A DNA stretch of 57,317 nucleotides. It comes from Candidatus Taylorbacteria bacterium RIFCSPHIGHO2_01_FULL_46_22b (lineage in GTDB: Bacteria; Patescibacteriota; Minisyncoccia; Phycocordibacterales; DSPV01). The notes under the pieces were generated by a model that was given only the letters and a program-made list of their open reading frames with translations, was not told where the DNA came from and did not search any database. Every line of letters begins with the position of its first letter. The stretch's first letter is position 1. A program made the translations under genes and the position numbers. Shown here one piece after another: positions 19,996-27,656 of this stretch. The stretch covers positions 1-57,317 of the forward strand of contig MHRF01000007.1 in the NCBI GenBank assembly GCA_001820875.1, written 5' to 3'.

Positions 19996-20629
19996 TTGAT
20001 TTTTCTTTTAACAATTTGAGCCCAAGATACGAAAGCGGTGTGTATAACATCCCCATGGTTACTTTATATAACCACCACGATAGGGTGATGCTTATAAGCA
20101 CATTAATTGAATACACTCCTACGAATGCGATTGCGGTAAAAATTACCGTATCAAGTAATTGAGAATAGAGATTAGAGATTGTTGAACGAAGCCAAAACAA
20201 TTTCCCTTTCAGTTTTTTTCGTAGAAAGAAAAAGGAGATGACGTCTTGATATTCTGCAATCAAAAATGCAGCAAGAGACGCAATTGCTATCCGAACAGAA
20301 ATTCCAAACATCTGGTTGTATCCTTCCTGCGCCCACAGCCCATCTTGAGACCAAGGCAGTGCAAGAGAGAGGAGGGAATACCCGACAAAGAGCGCTGTGC
20401 TTATAAACCCAGTGAGTACAAATAATTTTGCGACGCGTTTCCCGTATATTTCTCCCACTACGTCTGTAGTCAGAAAGACAAAAGGGAATGAGAATACGGC
20501 GACTGAAATATGAGAGTCAAAGATGAACGGCATAAGCTTTAAACCCAATGTATTGGCAGCGAATAGAGAAGTAAGATATATCCCGAGGGCGATTAGTAGT
20601 TTTTTGAACGAACGTTCAGTGAGTTGCAT
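19955..20629 (-). CDS. yhhQ: Queuosine precursor transporter (YhhQ/VUT family)
   Basis: FPFVFLTTDVVGEIYG, RIAIASLAAFLIAEYQDV, WLRSTISNLYSQLLDTVIF. Confidence 0.9.
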   Translation of the reverse strand: MQLTERSFKKLLIALGIYLTSLFAANTLGLKLMPFIFDSHISVAVFSFPFVFLTTDVVGEIYGKRVAKLFVLTGFISTALFVGYSLLSLALPWSQDGLWAQEGYNQMFGISVRIAIASLAAFLIAEYQDVISFFFLRKKLKGKLFWLRSTISNLYSQLLDTVIFTAIAFVGVYSINVLISITLSWWLYKVTMGMLYTPLSYLGLKLLKEKSNEHAHTTNQNSSL

Positions 20630-20649
20630 AATGATTTTAAAGAAAAAAA

Positions 20650-20752
20650 TTAAAAGAAAACCGCCCGAGCAGGGCGACTTTGCACTCACCGAAGTGAGCT
20701 TCCCTGTCGGTTACAGAGAATGAGAAGAAAGTTTGGAGAAACTAGACCAAGT
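20650..20752 (-). promoter_or_regulatory. Candidate riboswitch/attenuator leader of yhhQ
   Basis: C(UUCG)G hairpin, terminator plus U-tract, competing CCGACAGGG/CCCUGCUCGG helix. Confidence 0.5.
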
Positions 20753-20804
20753 TTTTTTGTTCTTTGTGATCAACATGGGAGTGTATTTAATTTGTGGAGA
20801 GGGA

Positions 20805-21047
20805 TTATACCAACCCTGCTTTCTTGAGGGTCGCATAGGCGCCGTTCTTCTGGATGGTTTTGAGTCCGCGAGTCGAAATTCGAACTACCACGAACTTTTT
20901 AAGCTCGGGAACGTAAATTCGCTTTTTCTGCAAATTCGCATATTTCCGCACCATGCCGGTCGGATTGTATTGGGTTGCGCGAGTGCGGTTTGAATAGCCA
21001 CCACCCATGCGTGAACCTTTTTTTGATACTGGACAGATGTAAGCCAT
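20805..21047 (-). CDS. rpmB: 50S ribosomal protein bL28
   Basis: MAYICPVSKK...RKYANLQKKRIY...VRISTRGLKTIQKNG. Confidence 0.92.
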   Translation of the reverse strand: MAYICPVSKKGSRMGGGYSNRTRATQYNPTGMVRKYANLQKKRIYVPELKKFVVVRISTRGLKTIQKNGAYATLKKAGLV

Positions 21048-21084
21048 ATTGAATGAGTCACCATAGTAGCATACAATCGAGAGT

Positions 21085-21708
21085 ATGCAAGTTTTTGATC
21101 TCGTCTTTTCTATAGCTATTCTCGTTATGTCTGTAGTGGTGCACGAAGTGTCGCATGGCTATGCCGCGAGTTTGCTTGGCGATCAGACCGCTCGATACCA
21201 AGGACGGCTCACGCTCAACCCTCTTAAACATCTCGATCCCGTAGGTTCCATTATCGTGCCGATTCTAACGTCGCTGGGTGGTTTTGTATTTGGCTGGGCG
21301 AAGCCCGTTCCATTCAATCCATATAATCTCCGAAGTCAGCGTTGGGGAGAATTAATTGTTGCTATTGTTGGTCCAATATCAAATTTAGTCCTTGCGATTA
21401 TATTCGGTATCCTCATTCGATTAGTGCTCGCCTATCATTTCCTCCCGCTTTCTTTTGTACAAATTGCTGCAACCGTAGTTGCTATTAATCTGGTACTTGC
21501 AGTATTCAATCTTGTCCCGATTCCACCTCTTGATGGTTCAAAGGTTTTATTTGGTCTCCTACCTGTCCACTTGCAGTATATTCGAACGTTTCTTGAGCAA
21601 TACTCATTGATACTGATTATTATCTTTATCTTCTTTCTCTGGAAGCTATTTTTGCCTCTCGTCTCTCTTTTGTTCGGTCTTTTGACCGGATTGCCTCTGG
21701 GGCTGTAG
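21085..21708 (+). CDS. Site-2 protease (M50) family membrane metalloprotease
   Basis: HEVSHG, RLTLNPLKHLD, GWAKPVP, FNLVPIPPLDGS. Confidence 0.95.
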   Translation: MQVFDLVFSIAILVMSVVVHEVSHGYAASLLGDQTARYQGRLTLNPLKHLDPVGSIIVPILTSLGGFVFGWAKPVPFNPYNLRSQRWGELIVAIVGPISNLVLAIIFGILIRLVLAYHFLPLSFVQIAATVVAINLVLAVFNLVPIPPLDGSKVLFGLLPVHLQYIRTFLEQYSLILIIIFIFFLWKLFLPLVSLLFGLLTGLPLGL

Positions 21709-21984
21709 GTCGAACCACAGGAGTATCCCTAAAGGGACTTCCCATTTTGTAAACAAAATGTAGGTCGCACCACAAGGGCACTTCCGATTTCTAATCGCTT
21801 CGCTTAAGAAATCTAGGTCGCACCACAAGAGTACTTCCCATTTTGTAAACAAAATGTAGGTCGCTTGCACCCGCCGCCTTCTGGTGCTGGGCACTGCGTT
21901 CGCCTTCGCTCATACCACAAGGGCACTTCCGATTTCATAGTCGCTTAGTCTACGACTACAGGTCGCTCTTTGAAATCTAGGTCG
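21706..21984. repeat. Cluster of four modular repeats ACCACAAG-RGYACTTCC-[hairpin]-TAGGTCG
   Basis: Units 21714-21767, 21769-21820, 21822-21863, 21914-21984. Confidence 0.92.
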
Positions 21985-22049
21985 CTTGCTTTTTTGAACC
22001 GTTCGTATTACAGTAGCTGTCACCTGCCAGAGCAGGTATTTTCATTACG

Positions 22050-22481
22050 ATGCCAACAATAAACCAACTCATCAAACGCAAGCGCGAATCACTTAAGCGA
22101 AAGCCGAAGTCTGTTGCTTTGCGCCGTACTTTTAATGCTATTAAGAATCGTCCGAAGTACTTCCCGTCGCCTTTCAAACGAGGTGTGTGCATTAAGGTAA
22201 CCACCAAAACTCCTAAGAAACCAAACTCGGCCATTCGAAAGATTGCCCGCGTTCGTTTGACCAACGGCATGGAAGTGACCGCATATGTCCCAGGGATTGG
22301 ACACAATTTGCAAGAACACTCGGTGGTGATGTTGCGTGGTGGCCGTGTCAAAGACGTCGGACTCCGCTATCAGATTGTCCGCGGAAAATTTGATGCGAGT
22401 GGCGTTGAAGGACGAAAGAAGGGACGTAGCCAGTATGGCGCCAAGCGAACTAAAGGCCCTGCCGCAGCTACTGCTAAATAA
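22050..22481 (+). CDS. rpsL: 30S ribosomal protein uS12
   Basis: [29 protein letters not shown]. Confidence 0.98.
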   Translation: MPTINQLIKRKRESLKRKPKSVALRRTFNAIKNRPKYFPSPFKRGVCIKVTTKTPKKPNSAIRKIARVRLTNGMEVTAYVPGIGHNLQEHSVVMLRGGRVKDVGLRYQIVRGKFDASGVEGRKKGRSQYGAKRTKGPAAATAK

Positions 22482-22492
22482 TTTAAATATTC

Positions 22493-22960
22493 ATGCGACG
22501 CAAACTTAAGAAGAAGCCAATTATTGAACCCGATCTGACCTACCAGTCTGAGAAAGTTTCGAAGTTCATCAATTACACGATGGGTAGTGGTAAAAAGAGC
22601 ACCGCGCGCGCTGTGGTGTACGATGCAATGGAAGCTATTAAAGAGAAGACCAAAGGAAATCCACTTGAAGTTTTTGATGCTGCACTTCGTAATACTGCTC
22701 CGAACATGGAAGTTCGCTCTCGACGCGTAGGTGGCGCCAACTACCAAGTGCCGGTTGAAGTGAGACCTTCCCGTCGCGATGCCCTTTCAATGAAATGGAT
22801 TATTCTTGCCGCTCGCGCAAAGAAAGGAAAGCCGATGCATATCAAACTTGCTGATGAACTTATCTCCGCTTCAAAAAACGAAGGGGATGCAGTAAAAAAA
22901 CGAGAAAACGTGCATAAGATGGCTGAAGCGAACAAGGCTTTCGCCCACTTCGCCTGGTAA
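22493..22960 (+). CDS. rpsG: 30S ribosomal protein uS7
   Basis: SRRVGGANYQVP, HKMAEANKAFAHF. Confidence 0.98.
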   Translation: MRRKLKKKPIIEPDLTYQSEKVSKFINYTMGSGKKSTARAVVYDAMEAIKEKTKGNPLEVFDAALRNTAPNMEVRSRRVGGANYQVPVEVRPSRRDALSMKWIILAARAKKGKPMHIKLADELISASKNEGDAVKKRENVHKMAEANKAFAHFAW

Positions 22961-23113
22961 ACGCTCGGACAACTTATTTTGAAAGACCGGAAAAATCACC
23001 CCAGCGGGTGATTTTTCCTAATCCGCTCGGTTTGCTCGCCCTCGAAGACTCGGGCACCTTGCCCGCTCACCTCCTCGCCGTCTTTCAAAAGAATTGTCCT
23101 CGCTCGAGAGTTT
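22959..23113. repeat. Nested inverted-repeat (REP/MITE-like) element between rpsG and fusA
   Basis: GGACAA..TTTTGAAAGAC / GTCTTTCAAAA..TTGTCC enclosing GGAAAAATCACCC/GGGTGATTTTTCC. Confidence 0.65.
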
Positions 23114-23375
23114 GGATAAGGAAAAACTCCACTTACAGGGAGTTTTTCTGGACTGTTTTTTTAGTCGCGATGCTCGTCGCCACCCTGAACTTCACCAAAA
23201 ATCCTCGTGGCTTGTGAGACAAGATTAATTAAAAAGGCGTGGGTCCATCATTTCTAATGTGTATGTATTAGTCAATCAAGTTTTGCATTTTTGGCAGGTT
23301 TCGTGTATTCTACGTTCAACGCCTTCGGGCTTTTTTGTTTCCTAGATTCATTATTCTTAATTCATTATTCTTTTT

Positions 23376-25517
23376 GTGAACCGCGACTATCCTCTCGAGA
23401 AAGTTAGAAATTTCGGCATTATTGCCCACATTGATGCGGGGAAGACCACCACGTCTGAACGCATCCTTTTCTATACCGGCATGACGCATAAAATCGGCGA
23501 AGTGCACGAAGGAGACACGGTAACCGACTGGATGGAACAGGAACGAGAACGTGGCATCACGATTACCGCTGCAGCCATCACCTGTTTTTGGAATCCGGTA
23601 TACATGGGGAAGGACACGTCGAAGAAAGTTCGTTTCAATATTATTGATACCCCCGGACACATTGATTTTACTGCAGAAGTAAAACGTTCTCTCCGAGTGC
23701 TCGATGGCGCAGTTGTCGTTTTTGATGGTGTTGCTGGAGTAGAGCCGCAATCCGAAACCAACTGGCGCTATGCAGACGAGGGGGAAGTACCGCGTCTCTG
23801 TTTCATAAATAAAATGGATCGCATGGGGGCAAGTTTTGATAACTCGTTTAAATCGATTCTTGAGCGTCTTTCAAAACAAGCGGTTCGTTTCCAGATCCCG
23901 ATTGGTCTTGAGGAAAAACATGACGGAGTCATTGATCTCTTACACATGAAGGCGTATTTCTTTGACGGAAGCATGGGTGAGAAAGTTCGCACCGAGGAGA
24001 TTCCGGCAGAATACATGGAAGAGGCAAAAAAATATCATCATGAATTGGTGGAGAAAATTGTTGAACATGATGATGTTCAAATGCAATCGTATCTTGAGGG
24101 CAAGGAAATTCCGGTTGAAGAACTCAAAAAGACGATCCGCAAAGCAGTGATTGCAAATAAGATGTTCCCAGTCTTTACCGGCTCTGCGCTTAAGAACAAA
24201 GGAGTGCAGATTGTGCTTGATGCGGTTGTTGATTATTTGCCGAGCCCGCTTGATATTCCGGCAGTCAAAGGAGTTGATCCTTCAACTGGAGAAATGGTGG
24301 TTCGCCACGCATCTGACGAAGAGCCTTTCTCGGCGCTCGTGTTCAAGCTTCAGACCGATCCGTTCGTAGGACAGCTCAACTTCTTCCGCGTGTATTCAGG
24401 ATCAGTTGAATCAGGAAGCTATGTATATAACTCAACAACAGGAAGACGTGAGCGTCTCTCGCGCATTGTTCGTTTGCAGGCAAACGAACGTGAGGAAGTG
24501 AAGCAAGTGTTTGCTGGCGAAATTGCCGCAGCCGTAGGTCTCAAAGAAGCGCGCACTTCTCACACACTTTGCGATGAGGCCAAGCCGATTATATTGGATC
24601 CGATTAAGTTCATGGAACCGGTTATCTCGCTTCGCATTGAACCGAAAACAAAAGCCGATCAGGAAAAAATGGGACTCGCACTCAAGCGCTTGTCAGACGA
24701 AGATCCAACCTTCCGGATTTCTTCGAACGCTGAAACAAATGAAACCATCATTTCCGGCATGGGCGAGTTACATCTTGAAATCATGGTTGATCGCATGAAG
24801 CGCGAATTTAATGTGCAAGCTAATGTTGGCAAGCCACAGGTTGCCTATCGAGAGACTATTCTTGGTGAGGCAGAAGCAGAGCACAAATATATCAAACAGA
24901 CTGGTGGCAAAGGTCAGTATGGCCACGTTCGACTCACTCTGCGCCCAATGCAGCCAGTGCCAGAGGGTAAGAAAATCCCGAAGAATGTTAGTCGATATGA
25001 TCACTTTGAATTTATTGATTCAATCAAAGGAGGGGTTATACCGCAGGAATTTATTCCCGCAGTTGAAAAAGGTGTGCGCGAAGCAACCGAGCGGGGAATT
25101 CTTGCCGGTTTCCCGATGGTAGATGTTTCCTGTGAACTTACCTTCGGTTCGTATCACGATGTCGACTCATCTGAAATCGCGTACAAGATTGCAGGATCGC
25201 AGGCGTTTCAAGATGCGGCAAAACGTGCAAAACCTGTGTTACTTGAACCAATCATGCGCATGGAAGTTGTCGTGCCAGAGAAATTTGTCGGTGATATCAC
25301 CGGCCACCTTTCATCAAAGCGCGCTACTATCGAAGGCGTTGATGATCGCGGTATGAATAAAGTGGTCAAAGCAAAAGTTCCACTTTCTGAAATGTTTGGG
25401 TATGCCACTGCGCTTCGCTCAATGACTGAAGGCCGGGGATCTTCAACTATGGAATTTGATCACTACGAAGCTGTTCCGAAGCATGTTGCGGATGAAATCA
25501 TCGAGACACGCAAGTAA
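23376..25517 (+). CDS. fusA: Elongation factor G
   Basis: [37 protein letters not shown]. Confidence 0.99.
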   Translation: MNRDYPLEKVRNFGIIAHIDAGKTTTSERILFYTGMTHKIGEVHEGDTVTDWMEQERERGITITAAAITCFWNPVYMGKDTSKKVRFNIIDTPGHIDFTAEVKRSLRVLDGAVVVFDGVAGVEPQSETNWRYADEGEVPRLCFINKMDRMGASFDNSFKSILERLSKQAVRFQIPIGLEEKHDGVIDLLHMKAYFFDGSMGEKVRTEEIPAEYMEEAKKYHHELVEKIVEHDDVQMQSYLEGKEIPVEELKKTIRKAVIANKMFPVFTGSALKNKGVQIVLDAVVDYLPSPLDIPAVKGVDPSTGEMVVRHASDEEPFSALVFKLQTDPFVGQLNFFRVYSGSVESGSYVYNSTTGRRERLSRIVRLQANEREEVKQVFAGEIAAAVGLKEARTSHTLCDEAKPIILDPIKFMEPVISLRIEPKTKADQEKMGLALKRLSDEDPTFRISSNAETNETIISGMGELHLEIMVDRMKREFNVQANVGKPQVAYRETILGEAEAEHKYIKQTGGKGQYGHVRLTLRPMQPVPEGKKIPKNVSRYDHFEFIDSIKGGVIPQEFIPAVEKGVREATERGILAGFPMVDVSCELTFGSYHDVDSSEIAYKIAGSQAFQDAAKRAKPVLLEPIMRMEVVVPEKFVGDITGHLSSKRATIEGVDDRGMNKVVKAKVPLSEMFGYATALRSMTEGRGSSTMEFDHYEAVPKHVADEIIETRK

Positions 25518-25542
25518 TTTTCTAATTTAAAAAGACTGATTT

Positions 25543-25579
25543 GTCCTGCCTCGCATACTGCGGGGCAGGGCTGTTTGTT
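25543..25579 (+). terminator. Terminator-like hairpin after fusA
   Basis: GTCCTGCCTCGC/GCGGGGCAGGGC followed by TGTTTGTT; TTGACT-N18-TATGAT promoter follows. Confidence 0.65.
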
Positions 25580-25777
25580 GACTTAACCCCCCGCTGTTTG
25601 CTATGATTCTTTTCACCGCTTTACGTATCTCTTTTTCCACTTTTTGTGGAGATTCGGTGCGTTTTAGGCGGCTTTAGTAGTTGGTATTATAAATCAGGTA
25701 ACTGTACGAGTCGGGGATTCCCAATTTCGGGATCGCGTCTCCAACTCGGTCAGTTACACGTAAGTCAAATAATTATT

Positions 25778-26968
25778 ATGGCAACATTTGATCGCAGCAA
25801 GCCGCACGTCAACGTCGGGACCATTGGTCACGTTGACCACGGCAAGACAACTCTCACCGCTGCCATTCTCCACTCCCTGAAGCTTTCAGGTCAGGAAGTG
25901 AAAGAGAAAGGCGTCGACCAGATCGATTCCGCTCCCGAGGAAAAGGCGCGCGGTATTACTATTGCGCTATCGCATAACGAGTATCAGACGAATGCGCGCC
26001 ACTATGCGCACATCGACGCTCCTGGACACGCCGACTATATCAAGAACATGATCACGGGTGCCGCCCAAATGGACGGCGCGATTCTCGTGGTTGCGGCAAC
26101 TGACGGTGTGATGCCCCAGACCCGAGAACACATTCTCTTGGCTCGCCAAGTAGGTGTTCCAAAAGTCATTGTATTTCTTAACAAATGCGACATGGTCGCT
26201 GATAAGGAACTCATTGACCTTGTTGAGGAGGAAGTTCGCGATCTTCTTTCAAAGCAGGAATATGATGGAAAGAATGCTCCGATCATTCGTGGTTCTGCAC
26301 TCAAAGCACTTGAAGCAACTTCAAAAGATGACGAATGGGTGAAGAAAGTGCTCGAACTCGCTGACACGCTTGATACCTATATCCCGATTCCAGTTCGTGA
26401 AGTCGACAAACCTTTCCTCATGCCTATCGAGGACATCTTCTCAATCGAAGGCCGAGGAACTGTGGTTACCGGCCGCGTGGAACGCGGTGTGGTGAAAGTC
26501 GGTGAGGAAATTGAAATCGTTGGCATCAATGCTACTTCCAAGACAACCGTTACCGGCATCGAAATGTTCAACAAACAACTCGATGAGGGACGTGCAGGCG
26601 ACAACGCTGGTATCCTCCTCCGTGGCACCAAGAAAGACGACGTGCACCGCGGACAGGTTCTTGCTAAACCAGGGTCAGTCACTCCACACACTGATTTTGA
26701 ATCAGAAGTGTACATCTTGAAGAAAGAGGAAGGAGGACGACACACACCGTTTTTCACTGGCTACAAACCGCAATTCTATATCCGCACTACGGATGTGACC
26801 GGTGAAGTAACCCTTCCAGAAAAGACTGAAATGGTTATGCCAGGAGATACCATCAAATTCAAAGTGAAACTCGTTGCGCCAGTCGCACTTGAAGAGAAAC
26901 AGCGCTTTGCAATCCGCGAGGGAGGCAAGACTGTTGGCGCCGGCGTTGTTACTAAGATTGTTGCGTAA
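25778..26968 (+). CDS. tuf: Elongation factor Tu
   Basis: [32 protein letters not shown]; start reset to MATFDRSK. Confidence 0.99.
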   Translation: MATFDRSKPHVNVGTIGHVDHGKTTLTAAILHSLKLSGQEVKEKGVDQIDSAPEEKARGITIALSHNEYQTNARHYAHIDAPGHADYIKNMITGAAQMDGAILVVAATDGVMPQTREHILLARQVGVPKVIVFLNKCDMVADKELIDLVEEEVRDLLSKQEYDGKNAPIIRGSALKALEATSKDDEWVKKVLELADTLDTYIPIPVREVDKPFLMPIEDIFSIEGRGTVVTGRVERGVVKVGEEIEIVGINATSKTTVTGIEMFNKQLDEGRAGDNAGILLRGTKKDDVHRGQVLAKPGSVTPHTDFESEVYILKKEEGGRHTPFFTGYKPQFYIRTTDVTGEVTLPEKTEMVMPGDTIKFKVKLVAPVALEEKQRFAIREGGKTVGAGVVTKIVA

Positions 26969-26974
26969 TCAGTT

Positions 26975-27358
26975 ATGTCCGCTACCGCTACAAAGAAACC
27001 AGCAGCAAAGACTGCAACAAAAAAGCGTGCAACCGCAAAAGCACCGGACGCAATTGCAAAACTTCGTATTCGTGTCCGCGCATATGAGCATAAAGTGCTT
27101 GATGCGTCGGTAAAGCAGATTATGGATACTGCACTTCGCTATGATGCAGTGGTGCAGGGTCCGACTCCTCTTCCGACAGATATCAAGAAATACACCGTTA
27201 ATCGCTCTTCGTTCGTGCACAAGAATGCACGTGAACAATTTGAGATGCGTGTGCACAAGCGCTTGGTGGACATTCTCTCTCCGTCTCCAAAACTGATTGA
27301 AGCGCTCACCAATCTCTCGCTTCCGTCAGGAGTCAACATTGATGTAAAGATGGTGTAA
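26975..27358 (+). CDS. rpsJ: 30S ribosomal protein uS10
   Basis: LRIRVRAYEH, GPTPLPT, REQFEMRVHKRL. Confidence 0.98.
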   Translation: MSATATKKPAAKTATKKRATAKAPDAIAKLRIRVRAYEHKVLDASVKQIMDTALRYDAVVQGPTPLPTDIKKYTVNRSSFVHKNAREQFEMRVHKRLVDILSPSPKLIEALTNLSLPSGVNIDVKMV

Positions 27359-27377
27359 AAAGCTTTCAAGGTAATAA

Positions 27378-27411
27378 AAAGTAAAACCCCCGCATGCGGG
27401 GGTTTTACTTT
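27378..27411. terminator. Bidirectional terminator after rpsJ
   Basis: Perfect 34-bp palindrome AAAGTAAAACCCCCGCATGCGGGGGTTTTACTTT. Confidence 0.85.
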
Positions 27412-27656
27412 GTCCATTTTTGCTTGTAGAACGCATTAAATCTGTAATTGTGCTGTCATGACTACGGCATTTATTTGAGGAAGGTTGATTACCCCAAGGC
27501 TCCTAAGGCATTACGTTGTAAAAACTTATGGTAATCAACCTTTTGTAGGCTTTACACAAGCTTCGAATTATACAAGTAGCAAATACGTAAAGGTCGAAGA
27601 CACGCTACGCTAGTTTCAAAGTGTATTTACTAGTGATTAAAAAATTATTCTCAATT

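Noticed and set aside
20670-20712. c-di-GMP-I or cobalamin riboswitch (CAGGG..GCAAAG, AGGGAA)
   Set aside because: GNRA/receptor pair, second stem and B12 box are absent
21706-21984. CRISPR array or integron attC sites
   Set aside because: Intervening segments are self-complementary, very variable in length and partly identical; no cas or integrase gene; no attC core sites
23008-23217. 69-aa ORF between rpsG and fusA (and 82-aa ORF 21646-21894)
   Set aside because: Incidental translations of hairpin or repeat DNA
25646-25777. N-terminal extensions of tuf, rplC, rpsS, rpsC, rplP and yhhQ in the ORF track
   Set aside because: Family homology begins at downstream ATGs; extensions run through UTRs or neighbouring genes
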